Origin: Nitrospirota bacterium
GTDB lineage: Bacteria > Nitrospirota > Thermodesulfovibrionia > Thermodesulfovibrionales > JdFR-85
Reading direction: 5' to 3'
NCBI GenBank assembly: GCA_015492645.1
Contig: WGER01000068.1
Span: 23,605-87,604, forward strand
Length of the DNA: 64,000 nt
Position numbers and translations under genes: made by a program. This document shows positions 19,731 to 29,217 of this stretch, piece after piece (position 1 is the stretch's first letter; each line of letters begins with the position of its first letter). The notes beneath the pieces were generated by a model, which saw nothing but the letters and a program-made list of their open reading frames with translations, was not told the origin of the DNA and did no database searches.

Positions 19731-22700
19731 CTATGTGTGAGTTCCGAAGCCTCCCCCTCCAGGTGTCTTTATTATGATAGATTCACCAGGTGCCACCCTG
19801 AGGGTCACCCTGTGCTGAAGCCTTCTGATACCATTCCGGGTCCTCAGGAGGTTCACACCCCTCAGACCGTTCTCTCCGCCCTTTATACCCTTCGGAGGCA
19901 CGGCCCTCCTCTCAGACACTATGCTTACAGTAGCCCGATTCAGGAACTCCACCTCCCTGATAATCCCGTCTCCACCCCTGTATCTACCCCTGCCTCCGGA
20001 TCCCCTCCTCACAAGGAACCTTCTCAGCCTCACACCGGGGTGTCTCAACTCAAGGAACTCGGGGTCTGTTATCCTGGTATTGGTCATATGGACCTGTACA
20101 GCAGAGCCACCATCGCAACCCTCTGATCCACCACCTCCTCCTCCGATCGTTTCGTAGTAGGGAGGCTCTCCATCGACCTGAAACAGGAGGTTATTCATCG
20201 TCCCCTGAGACGCCGCAGCCACCCCCAGTGCCATGAACAGCAGGTCAGCAAGTCTCTGTGATGTCTCCACATTTCCACTGGCCACAGGAGCGGGAGGCTG
20301 TGGGTTGAGGATGGAGCCCTCAGGGACAGACAGTTTCACTGGATTCAGGCACCCACTGTTCAGGGGTATTTCCCTTGCTATAAGGCATCTGAGCAGATAC
20401 AGAAGCACAGACTTTACCACAGACAGAGGTGCATTCAGGTTGTCTCTCAGATGCTGTGGACCGGTGCCGCTGAAGTCGAATTCAACTGATGTGGTCCCAG
20501 GAGGGTCGTCTCCAGCAGTGATCTTCACAGTTACCGCAAGAGGGGTACCATCATCAAGGTGCTCCTTTTGTGCGGACTGAAACACCCTCTCCCCATCCAG
20601 TAGCCTCCAGAGGGCCTCCCTCACTGCTATCTCTGCATTCTGCTGGATGAAGTACATATATCTCTGAACGGTCTCAACCCCGTATCTCTGGATCAACCTC
20701 CAGAGCAGTCTTTCACCCTTTCTACAGGCAGCGATCTGGGCTATGATGTCTGCCATATTCTGTTCTATATTCCTCACAGGGTAGGGCGCCTCAGTGAGTG
20801 CCTGTCTGAGTTCTTCCTCATGGAACTGGCCGTCCCTCATCAGCAGAAAGTTGTCTATCAGCACACCCTCTTCTGAGATGTCTCCTGCCTCAGGAGGTAT
20901 AGAGCCAGGTGTTGTGCCACCTATGTCTGCATGATGTCCCCTTGCTGCAGTGAAGAAGAGGAGGTCTCCCCTGTCAGAGAATACGGGCTGTATCACCGTA
21001 AGGTCGGGCAGATGGGAGCCACCCCTGTAGGGGTTATTCGTCAGATAGAGGTCGCCCGGCCTTATATCCCCTCTCCTCTCCTTTATCAACTCCCTTACTG
21101 TCTCTGCCATGGACCCGATATGCACAGGGATATGGGGTGCATTTGCGACAAGGGACCCGTCAGGGGCAAATATGGCACAGGAGTAGTCCTGTCTCTCCCT
21201 TATATTCACGGAATGGGCAGTACTCCTGAGGGTGTGGCCCATCTCGGTTGCCACTGAACTGAAGTGGTTGTTGAAGACCTCCAGAAGTACAGGATCCGGG
21301 ACATCGATCTCCTTTCTCGGAGAACTCTTCATCACCTTTCTCGTCGCAACGATTGAGCCATCTTCCTTCACCTCCGCATCAAAACCATCCTCTATCACCA
21401 GTGTTGTATAGGGTTCAACCACGATACAGGCCCCCCTCAGGAGATGCCCAACCGGCAGGTCCTTCCTCTGATAGACCGGGACAATCTGTGGTCCCCTGGT
21501 GGTGAACATCCTCTGATGGCAGATTGGCTTAGGATGATCAACTGCCTCAGGTCTGCAGTATATTCCTTCAAAGAGGGTCTCCTGCTGTTTGAAGACGGAT
21601 CTTATCGTAACCACCTCGATCTCTGCCTCGGGCCTGTAAAATCCGTACAGGACCTTATGCCTTTCAGCAAATTCCCTCAGACTCTCCTTGTAGGTACTGT
21701 ACCTGACTGTAATCGGTCTCTCAGAACCCTTTATCCTCAAGTCGATGTATCTTTCGGTGAGGTCATAGGCCACCCCTTCAGAGGACTCCAGTTCTGAGAA
21801 TGCCCTGTTGAGGGACCTGTGGGTCTGCTCTGTGTATTTAACAAACAGGCTCCTTGACAGCCTCTTCTCCGGCATGGCGATCCCTATCCCGTATGCAGAG
21901 AGCATGCTGGAGAGTGGATGGAAGATCACCCTCTGTATCTCAAGTAACTCTGCCACCTTGCAGGCATGCTGCCCTGCTGCTCCGCCGTAACTCACCAAGG
22001 TGTACTCCCTGACATCCATTCCCTTTGCCACTGTGGTCTCCCTTACCGCAAGGGCCATCTTCTCATTTGCTACCTCCAAGAAACCCATCGCCACCTCCTC
22101 CTCTGTGAGGACCTTATCCGTCTCCTTCCGGATGATCTCGGACAGCCTCTTAAAACCCTCTCTCACAGGCTCAAGGACCACAGGGGAGTGTCTGTCCCTG
22201 CCGAAGGTCCTTGGCATGAACCCTGGCAGGAGCCTGCCTGTCATGAGGTTCGCATCAGTGATGGTGAGGGGGCCTCCAAGGCCGTAACAGGCAGGCCCCG
22301 GGACAGCACCTGCTGAGTCAGGGCCCACCAGCATCCTGCCGTCCTGAAACCTGAGGATAGAGCCGCCTCCAGAGGCGATTGTATGGATACTGATCATCTC
22401 TGTCTGGACCTCTATACCTGCTATCCTTGTATCATCGAGCATCTCGAGGGTCCCGTCATATCTACAGACATCAGTGGAAGTCCCTCCCATATCAAGACCG
22501 ACCAGCCTCTTCGAGCCTGTCTTTTCCGCCACATCTTCAAGTGCTACAGCACCCCCTGCCGGCCCTGACAGTATCGCATCCCTCGCCGTGAACTCATTCA
22601 GGGCCTTTGTCCCACCGGAACTGCAGAAGAACTCCACCCTGATGCCCCCGACCTCCCTGCTGAGCATATCCCTGTACCTCTGAAGCACAGGGCTCAGGTA

Positions 22701-23330
22701 TGCCTCAAGAACCGTTGCATGCCCCCTCGTCACCACCCTTATCCTGTTGGAGACGGCATGAGACAGATACACCTCCCTGAAGCCCAGCCCCCTGAGCACC
22801 TCACCTGCCAGCAGTTCATGCTCAGGGTTTATCCAACTATGTAGAAAGACCACCGCCACTGCATCAAACTCCTCCGGCCCCACCTGCCTCACTGCCTCTT
22901 CAACCATCCCTGCCTCTAAGGGGATAACCACCCTCCCATCAGGCCCCATCCTCTCTTCCACCTCCACCACCTTTCTGTAAAGGGGAGAGGGTCTCTTTAT
23001 ACAGATCTGGAAGAGGTGCTCCCTCTCCTGATAACCGATCTGAAGGAGGTCCCTGAACCCCTTGGTTGTGACGAGCAGGACACTGCCACCCTTTCTCTCA
23101 AGCAATGCATTTGTGACCACAGTCGTCCCAACCCTTATACACTCCACCCTATCCTGAGGGAGGGAATCCTCCGGATCTATACCCAGTATCTCCTTGATAC
23201 CCTGAATGGCAGGCTCACCTGTACCACTGTCAGATAACACCTTGAGGGTGTGTATACCTCCATTCGGGTCGACCCCTATGATATCCGTGAAGGTCCCTCC
23301 CCTGTCAGCCGCAAAGCGCCACTTCCTCAA
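19731..23330 (-). CDS. Fused hydantoinase/oxoprolinase family protein (HyuA + HyuB domains; ATP-dependent 5-oxoprolinase-like)
   Basis: 1199 aa. N-terminal WRFAADRGGTFTDIIG (hydantoinase A/ASKHA). The C-terminal half has DYSCAIF, HIPVHIGSM and NNPYRGGSHLPD (hydantoinase B/oxoprolinase). Confidence 0.85.
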   Translation of the reverse strand: MRKWRFAADRGGTFTDIIGVDPNGGIHTLKVLSDSGTGEPAIQGIKEILGIDPEDSLPQDRVECIRVGTTVVTNALLERKGGSVLLVTTKGFRDLLQIGYQEREHLFQICIKRPSPLYRKVVEVEERMGPDGRVVIPLEAGMVEEAVRQVGPEEFDAVAVVFLHSWINPEHELLAGEVLRGLGFREVYLSHAVSNRIRVVTRGHATVLEAYLSPVLQRYRDMLSREVGGIRVEFFCSSGGTKALNEFTARDAILSGPAGGAVALEDVAEKTGSKRLVGLDMGGTSTDVCRYDGTLEMLDDTRIAGIEVQTEMISIHTIASGGGSILRFQDGRMLVGPDSAGAVPGPACYGLGGPLTITDANLMTGRLLPGFMPRTFGRDRHSPVVLEPVREGFKRLSEIIRKETDKVLTEEEVAMGFLEVANEKMALAVRETTVAKGMDVREYTLVSYGGAAGQHACKVAELLEIQRVIFHPLSSMLSAYGIGIAMPEKRLSRSLFVKYTEQTHRSLNRAFSELESSEGVAYDLTERYIDLRIKGSERPITVRYSTYKESLREFAERHKVLYGFYRPEAEIEVVTIRSVFKQQETLFEGIYCRPEAVDHPKPICHQRMFTTRGPQIVPVYQRKDLPVGHLLRGACIVVEPYTTLVIEDGFDAEVKEDGSIVATRKVMKSSPRKEIDVPDPVLLEVFNNHFSSVATEMGHTLRSTAHSVNIRERQDYSCAIFAPDGSLVANAPHIPVHIGSMAETVRELIKERRGDIRPGDLYLTNNPYRGGSHLPDLTVIQPVFSDRGDLLFFTAARGHHADIGGTTPGSIPPEAGDISEEGVLIDNFLLMRDGQFHEEELRQALTEAPYPVRNIEQNMADIIAQIAACRKGERLLWRLIQRYGVETVQRYMYFIQQNAEIAVREALWRLLDGERVFQSAQKEHLDDGTPLAVTVKITAGDDPPGTTSVEFDFSGTGPQHLRDNLNAPLSVVKSVLLYLLRCLIAREIPLNSGCLNPVKLSVPEGSILNPQPPAPVASGNVETSQRLADLLFMALGVAAASQGTMNNLLFQVDGEPPYYETIGGGGGGSEGCDGGSAVQVHMTNTRITDPEFLELRHPGVRLRRFLVRRGSGGRGRYRGGDGIIREVEFLNRATVSIVSERRAVPPKGIKGGENGLRGVNLLRTRNGIRRLQHRVTLRVAPGESIIIKTPGGGGFGTHT

Positions 23331-24742
23331 TGCTCCACCTCTGGTAGCAGTATCTGCACGGTTGTCCCCCTCCCTCTTTCAGAGGTGAGGTTTACCCTGC
23401 CACCGTGTTCCTCTACAACCCTCTTGGTTAAGGCGAGTCCGAGCCCTATACCCTCCTTCTTGGTCGTAAAGAAGGGTTCAAAGACCCTGTCGAGCACCTC
23501 AGGCGGGATGCCTTCTCCTGTGTCAGAGACCTCTACTGTCACACCTTCCGGGGCCTCATAGACCCTCACCCTCAGTCTCCCTCCGGCCGGCATCGCCTGG
23601 AGGGCATTCTGGAGTATATTCAGCAGGGATGTCTTTATCAACTCCGGGTCGAGAAGGAGGGTCCTTGCTTCTGGTATCTCATACTCCTCTTCCACCTGCA
23701 CCGCCTGTGCTGCTGCCTTGGCCCTCACAAGAGAGAGGGAATCCCTAAGCAAGGCCACCACAGATACAGGCTGTCTCTGGATCCTGAGGGGTCTGCCGTA
23801 GGCAAGAAACTGGTTTACTATTCTGTCAAGCCTCTTCACCTCTTCCTTTACATTTCTGAGGAGTTCCTGCATGGTATCAGAGCCCTCAGCATCTCCTCCT
23901 TTTAACCTGCTCAACAGGTGGTCCACTGTCAAACTGATGAAGTTAAGGGGATTTCTCAATTCGTGTGCGATCGACCTGGATAACTCACCTATACTTGAAA
24001 GGTGTTCCGCCTCCCTCAGCCTCTCCTCAAGTTTCCTCATCTCCGAAAGTTTCTCTGCCATCTCATTAAAACTCCTCTTCAGGACCCCTATCTCGTCCCT
24101 CTCCTTCACAGGGAGCCTGATGCTCAGATCACCTGATGCGACGGCCCTTACTGACTCCACAACCTCCCTGATGGGCCTTGTATACCTCCTTGAAAGCAAT
24201 GCAGCCACTGCCACACCCACCATAAAGACCAGCAATGTCGCCATGAGTCTGTACTTAGTGTTTCTCCGCATCAGCCTTATGAGTTCCTCCGTGCTGATCA
24301 CGGTGTGGATATAGCCCTGGTGTTCACCCTTCACCACCACTGGAAGTACCAAATGATAGAGGGTACCCTTCTTTGTAACAAACTTCCCCAGTTCAGACTG
24401 AAAGATCAACTCAGTTATCTCCTCTGGTGTGGTTTCGCCGATCTTGAAGGGGTTGGTGCTCGCCCTTATCCTGGTCGCTCCGTCTATTATATTGATCTCC
24501 CTGATACCTCTGGGTTTCAGTTCCTTTAATCTGTAGTATAGTTTCATGTAGTCCTTCTCTCCGGTTCCCACCGTTTCCTCAATCGCAAGATGGATCGCCT
24601 CTGCGAGTTCGACGGTCCTCCGTTCTGTTTCTTGAAGAAGCGCCCTCTCTGAGTACAGGTTCAGTAACCACATCAACAGTATCAGGGCACCACTGAGGCA
24701 GAGCATCATAAAGGTGAGTTTTATATTCAAACTCCACCTCAT
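23327..24742 (-). CDS. Membrane sensor histidine kinase (TM - sensor - TM - HAMP - HisKA - HATPase_c), no cognate response regulator adjacent
   Basis: HAMP region PIREVVESVRAVASGDLSIRLPVKERDEIGVLKRSFNEMA. H-box SIAHELRNPLN, N-box LLNILQNALQAM, G-boxes VSDTGEGIP and GIGLGLAL. Confidence 0.8.
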   Translation of the reverse strand: MRWSLNIKLTFMMLCLSGALILLMWLLNLYSERALLQETERRTVELAEAIHLAIEETVGTGEKDYMKLYYRLKELKPRGIREINIIDGATRIRASTNPFKIGETTPEEITELIFQSELGKFVTKKGTLYHLVLPVVVKGEHQGYIHTVISTEELIRLMRRNTKYRLMATLLVFMVGVAVAALLSRRYTRPIREVVESVRAVASGDLSIRLPVKERDEIGVLKRSFNEMAEKLSEMRKLEERLREAEHLSSIGELSRSIAHELRNPLNFISLTVDHLLSRLKGGDAEGSDTMQELLRNVKEEVKRLDRIVNQFLAYGRPLRIQRQPVSVVALLRDSLSLVRAKAAAQAVQVEEEYEIPEARTLLLDPELIKTSLLNILQNALQAMPAGGRLRVRVYEAPEGVTVEVSDTGEGIPPEVLDRVFEPFFTTKKEGIGLGLALTKRVVEEHGGRVNLTSERGRGTTVQILLPEVEH

Positions 24743-25800
24743 CAGTTTGATGACAGTATCACCCCTCCTCCCAACACCACCTCACCATCATAAAAGACAG
24801 CAGACTGCCCTGGGGCAGGTGCCCACTGGGGTTCGTCAAACTCCAGTTCTACCATCCCATCCTGTAGGACACTGAGGGATGCGGGCATCGGCCTCATTGT
24901 AGAGCGGATCTTTGCCTCCACCCTTTCCCTGGGTGATTCGAGCCAGTTGAGGTCCCCCACTATGACCCTCCTGTGATAGAGGGCATCTCTCTTTGCGAGG
25001 TATATGGTATTGGTTTCAGGATCTATCCTCGCAACGTAGAGGGGCTCACCATAGGCGACCCCTGAGCCCTTTCTCTGACCTATGGTGAAGTTAAAGATAC
25101 CCTCATGTCGGCCGATCACCCTGCCATCAGGCCCCACTATCGGGCCAGGGCTGGATGCCTCTGGGACCACCTCCCTTATGAAACACTTATAACTCCCTCC
25201 AACAAAGCATATCTCAACACTTTCAGGTCTGCTACTCACAGGCAATCCAGCCTCTGATGCGATCTTCCTCACCTCCTCCTTGAGCATTTCTCCAAGAGGA
25301 AAGAGTATCATCTCAAGGTCATCCCTCTGGAGGACATAGAGGAAGTAGGACTGGTCCTTCTTCTCATCCATCCCCTTTTTCAGGAGGCACCTGCCGTCAG
25401 GGGTCATCTCCACCCTCGCATAATGACCTGTTGCTATGTAGTGAAAGCCTCCCTTTCTGGCCTCTTCAAGGAGATAGGGGAACTTGATATACCTGTTGCA
25501 GAGGATACAGGGGTTTGGGGTCACGCCCTTCAGATATCCCTGTACAAATGGCTCTATCACTTTATCTATAAAGTCTGCCCTCGCCTCTATGGTGTAGTGC
25601 TCAATCCCGATGAACTCAGCAGTCCTCTTTGCCTCCTGGATCGCCTCAATGGAGCAACAACTCCTCGGATGTACTCTGCCCCTTGTCTCGATGAGAAGTA
25701 GAGTTATCCCGGTCACCTCATATCCCTGTCTCTTGAGCAGATAGGCAGAGACAGAGGAGTCCACTCCACCACTCATCCCCACAAGGACCCTTCTGGTCAC
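24742..25800 (-). CDS. mnmA: tRNA 2-thiouridine(34) synthase
   Basis: VLVGMSGGVDSSVSAYLL PP-loop, NPCILCNRYIKF, and ATGHYAR. Confidence 0.92.
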   Translation of the reverse strand: MTRRVLVGMSGGVDSSVSAYLLKRQGYEVTGITLLLIETRGRVHPRSCCSIEAIQEAKRTAEFIGIEHYTIEARADFIDKVIEPFVQGYLKGVTPNPCILCNRYIKFPYLLEEARKGGFHYIATGHYARVEMTPDGRCLLKKGMDEKKDQSYFLYVLQRDDLEMILFPLGEMLKEEVRKIASEAGLPVSSRPESVEICFVGGSYKCFIREVVPEASSPGPIVGPDGRVIGRHEGIFNFTIGQRKGSGVAYGEPLYVARIDPETNTIYLAKRDALYHRRVIVGDLNWLESPRERVEAKIRSTMRPMPASLSVLQDGMVELEFDEPQWAPAPGQSAVFYDGEVVLGGGVILSSN

Positions 25801-27203
25801 AACCTCTGCTGCCTCTTTCTTATGTACTCATGGGCCTTATCCAGGAGGGCCATTGCACCTTCAATACACCTGAGCATAATCCCAAAGAGGGTTCCCTTTC
25901 TGGGCTTCACCTCAATCTCGATCTCCTCCACCACTTTGCCTGCCTCTACATATACTGAAGGGGACTTTGTCCTTATCACAACCTGGGAAGGGTAAACGCT
26001 CCTGTGTCCTGTGAACAGGTAACTTATTATACAGATAATTGCTGCGTAGGGACCTATCTTTGAACCAAACAGTTCTATTGCCATGATACTGGCTGAGATG
26101 GGGGTGTTTGCAGCACCGGCGAGCACGCTCACCAGACCTATGGCAGCAAAGGTAGAGACATCAGCACCTGTGAGTCTGGCAAACAGAGCCCCGGAGGTGG
26201 CCCCCACGAAGAATATGGGGGTTACCACTCCTCCACTTCCTCCAAAGGCGAGGGTCAAGGAGGTGAATATTATCTTGAGAAAGAAGTAATACCAGCCGAC
26301 CTCAGAGCCCTCAAGGGTTGACCTTATGGTGGAAAGCCCGAGGCCGAGAAACTCCCTTCCGACAATCAGTGCCATCACTGCGAGTACTCCTCCTGCAACA
26401 GCAGCCTTCAGAGGTCCCCATATTCTTATCCTCTTGCTCAGTTCGTCAAAGAAACTCATGGATTCAACGAATATCAGGGATACAAACCCGAAAAAGAGCC
26501 CAGCCATCGCAATCTCTATCACAAAGGACCTGTCAAAGATGGGGGAGAACTCCAGTGCATGATAGTAATAACTGAGGCCAAGGAACTGAGCCGTCTGATA
26601 GGCGACCATCCCTGAGACAAATGATGGAAATAGTGCCTCATAAAAGACATTGCCGATGTAAAGGACCTCTATACCAAAGATCGCACCAGCAATTGGGGTA
26701 CCAAACACAGTGGAGAATCCAGCGCTGATACCACATATTACCAGTTTCCTCCTGTCGTTACCCTCAAACCTGAACAACTCGGCCAGAAGTGATGCCACCC
26801 CACCGCCTATCTGTGCACAGGGGCCCTCCTTACCAACAGACCCCCCAGTGGATAATGTGATTATGGTTGCTATAAACTTAACCGGAATCACAGGTATACT
26901 TATCTTTCCTGCCTTCTTATGCACCGCCTCTATCACCTTCTCTGTGCCATGTCCGACCGCCTCGGGGGCGAGATACTTTATAGACAGTGCGCTCAGGAAC
27001 ATCCCTGCAGGCAACAGGAGAAAGTAGTAAGAGTACTGTGAAAGGTAGTTCATACTTCTTTCAAGGGCCTTCAGAAAGGCCGTTGCCGTGATCCCCACCA
27101 CCACTCCGGTAATCAGTGATATCGCAAACCACTTCAGGACACTTGTGAAAAGGACGACCTCTTCAACGACTGTTGAGGGAATCCTCTTGGAGAGCCGTGC
27201 CAT
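25797..27203 (-). CDS. ClC-family voltage-gated chloride channel / H+-Cl- antiporter
   Basis: GGSVGKEGP (GKEGP selectivity motif), GIFGIEV-like GAIFGIEV, and GGVVTPIFFVGA (GxFxP-like). The protein is multi-TM throughout. Confidence 0.85.
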   Translation of the reverse strand: MARLSKRIPSTVVEEVVLFTSVLKWFAISLITGVVVGITATAFLKALERSMNYLSQYSYYFLLLPAGMFLSALSIKYLAPEAVGHGTEKVIEAVHKKAGKISIPVIPVKFIATIITLSTGGSVGKEGPCAQIGGGVASLLAELFRFEGNDRRKLVICGISAGFSTVFGTPIAGAIFGIEVLYIGNVFYEALFPSFVSGMVAYQTAQFLGLSYYYHALEFSPIFDRSFVIEIAMAGLFFGFVSLIFVESMSFFDELSKRIRIWGPLKAAVAGGVLAVMALIVGREFLGLGLSTIRSTLEGSEVGWYYFFLKIIFTSLTLAFGGSGGVVTPIFFVGATSGALFARLTGADVSTFAAIGLVSVLAGAANTPISASIMAIELFGSKIGPYAAIICIISYLFTGHRSVYPSQVVIRTKSPSVYVEAGKVVEEIEIEVKPRKGTLFGIMLRCIEGAMALLDKAHEYIRKRQQRL

Positions 27204-27208
27204 ATTGT

Positions 27209-27217
27209 GTTATATCA
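27209..27217 (-). promoter_or_regulatory. Putative extended -10 promoter of the clc-mnmA-HK-oxoprolinase operon (leaderless)
   Basis: Minus strand reads TGATATAAC (27217-27209), 5 nt before ATG 27203. No Shine-Dalgarno sequence. Confidence 0.4.
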
Positions 27218-27243
27218 CAAAAGGAACACTTTTGACCAGAAAA

Positions 27244-28185
27244 TTATTCTCTGTAGATACATTCCTCGGGCCTTTTGTCACTCCTGAGCCCGAGGAAGAC
27301 AGGTGCCCTCAGTTTTCCAGACTCGGTCCACTCCATGGCTGTCACCCTTACCACTGTATCGGGTATTACCCATCTCACCCCTGAGGGATGCTCAAATAAG
27401 GGGACCCCTGTCTCCTTTTCTCTGAGTATCTCTATAATCTCTCTCCTCTCCTTCTCAGTAAAGCCTGTGCCAACCTGGCCGATATGGACAAGTGTACTGT
27501 TCCTGTAAAGGCCCAACACAAGGGAAGCAAAGGGCCTCTTCTCTGAGTCGATCCATCCGCAGACAACAGCGTCTATATCGATCGTCTTCTTTATCTTAAG
27601 CCAGGAGCGTGACCTCACACCTGGCTGGTATAGACTCCTTCTCTCCTTTGCCATGATCCCTTCAAAGCCCCTCTTTACAGCCTCTCTAAAGAGGGGTATC
27701 CCCTCTCTGTAGGTCCTTGAGATGATGATATGTTCACCCTCCCTCACCAGTTCCTCAAGCAGTCTCCTCCTTTCCATCAGGGGCCTTTTGAAGAGTCTCT
27801 CCTGTCTGAAGTAGAGTATATCAAAAACGATATACATGGCAGGAGACAGCCTTGAGAGGATGGATATCCTGTGCGGGTCAGTGATGTGCTCCCTCCTCTG
27901 GAGAGTCTTAAAATCAGGTACACCTTCCTTTAACATCACAATCTCTCCATCCAGTATGACATCCTCTCCATCAACTGCCTTAGCAAGGGAACCAAACTCG
28001 GGATACCTGTAAGTGATATCCAGAAGTCTCCGGTTCTGAAGCCTTACATTGCTACCCTGGATATAGGCTATACACCTTGTGCCGTCCCATTTGAGTTCAT
28101 AGAGGAATTCTTCAGAGTCCAAGGGTTCCTTAGCCTTTTCTGCAAGCATGGGTTTTATAGGCCAGCATTTAAAGGGCGAGGCCAT
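27244..28185 (-). CDS. ligD: ATP-dependent DNA ligase, LigD ligase domain only (no polymerase or phosphoesterase domains)
   Basis: Adenylation motif I YELKWDGTRCIAY (KxDG). Also GEIVML, EGIMAK, WLKIK, and a C-terminal OB-fold region. 313 aa. It lies directly downstream of ku. Confidence 0.85.
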   Translation of the reverse strand: MASPFKCWPIKPMLAEKAKEPLDSEEFLYELKWDGTRCIAYIQGSNVRLQNRRLLDITYRYPEFGSLAKAVDGEDVILDGEIVMLKEGVPDFKTLQRREHITDPHRISILSRLSPAMYIVFDILYFRQERLFKRPLMERRRLLEELVREGEHIIISRTYREGIPLFREAVKRGFEGIMAKERRSLYQPGVRSRSWLKIKKTIDIDAVVCGWIDSEKRPFASLVLGLYRNSTLVHIGQVGTGFTEKERREIIEILREKETGVPLFEHPSGVRWVIPDTVVRVTAMEWTESGKLRAPVFLGLRSDKRPEECIYRE

Positions 28186-28193
28186 TGACTGGA

Positions 28194-28988
28194 TTATCCA
28201 GCAGTCTTTCTTTTCCGGGTCTTTGGCTCTGTTACAGAGAGACTCTTCTTCAATGCCTCCATGAGACTCACAACCCTTTCGGCCTCTCTTGCTGGTTTTA
28301 CCTTCACCTCTCCACCGCTTATCTTCTGATTGATCAATTCCATCAGGGCCTCAGTGGACCTGTCGTGATACTCTGAGATATCAAAACGTGCAGAAAATCT
28401 CTCCACCAGTTCCTCTGCAAGGGCGAGGGCCTCCTTGCTCACCTCCATCTCTTCCGGTATGGTGATAAAGTCTGTACTTGCGATCTCGTTGGCGAAGTGG
28501 AGTGTATGGATTGCGAGGACCTTCTGATAGGGTCTGAGAATACCTATATGTTCTTTCCCCCTCATGGCAAACCTCAGGAGCCCGACTCTTCTCTTGTTCT
28601 GAAGGGCCTTCTTCAGCAACAGATATGCCTCAAGGCCATCCTTCTCAGGAGCGAGATAGTAGGTGCTATCAAAATAGACAGGATCAATCTCCTCTAAGGG
28701 TACAAAAGAGATTATCCTGATCGCCCTGCTTTCTTCCCGGAAGAGGGACTCCAGTTCCTCATCAGAGATGATCACGTATCTGTCCTTTTCATATTCATAA
28801 CCGTGGGTCACATCGGACCACTCTACCTCTTTCTGGCAGGTGGGGCAGTACCTCTCATATTTCAGATGAGTGGAGCAGGCCTTATGCAGTAGATGCAGCG
28901 GGACCCCTCTCTTTCTGACGGCAGAGTAGAGTTTTACAGGCACAGAAAGCAGGGCTACTGATAGATTCCCCTTCCACAGGGCCTTCAT
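28194..28988 (-). CDS. ku: Ku protein (non-homologous end joining)
   Basis: ALWKGNLSVALLSVPVKLYSAV...YERYCPTCQKEV...GYEYEKDRYVIISDEELE is the typical bacterial Ku core. The C-terminal tail is basic. Confidence 0.9.
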   Translation of the reverse strand: MKALWKGNLSVALLSVPVKLYSAVRKRGVPLHLLHKACSTHLKYERYCPTCQKEVEWSDVTHGYEYEKDRYVIISDEELESLFREESRAIRIISFVPLEEIDPVYFDSTYYLAPEKDGLEAYLLLKKALQNKRRVGLLRFAMRGKEHIGILRPYQKVLAIHTLHFANEIASTDFITIPEEMEVSKEALALAEELVERFSARFDISEYHDRSTEALMELINQKISGGEVKVKPAREAERVVSLMEALKKSLSVTEPKTRKRKTAG

Positions 28989-29035
28989 AGTTATAAGATA
29001 CCATACTATCCGGCAGTATCACAAATAAGGTAAAT

Positions 29036-29217
29036 TGGCCATGGCACTTGTGGTGTCACTGAACAGATTGGTTCTGGCCACTGAATTATCAAATGAGTGA
29101 AACACTCGTAATTTTTCTGCAGGAGCCTCTCTGTCCCACAAAGTCTCTGATTTGGAGGGGGATCCCCTGCCGCCTTCCAAAGTTTTGCTTGAATCCTTTC
29201 GGTAATATGGAGGGACC
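29036..29217 (+). repeat. Intergenic mosaic repeat, locus C part 1 (M1 copy followed by degenerate modules)
   Basis: GCCATGGCACTTGTGGTGTCACTGAA (29038-29063) matches 29347-29372 at 25 of 26 positions, 309 nt apart. Downstream fragments (AATTTTTCTGCAGGAGCC, GAATCCTTTCGGTAATATGGAGGGACC) resemble the M1 tail and inverted M3 of locus B. Confidence 0.7.
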
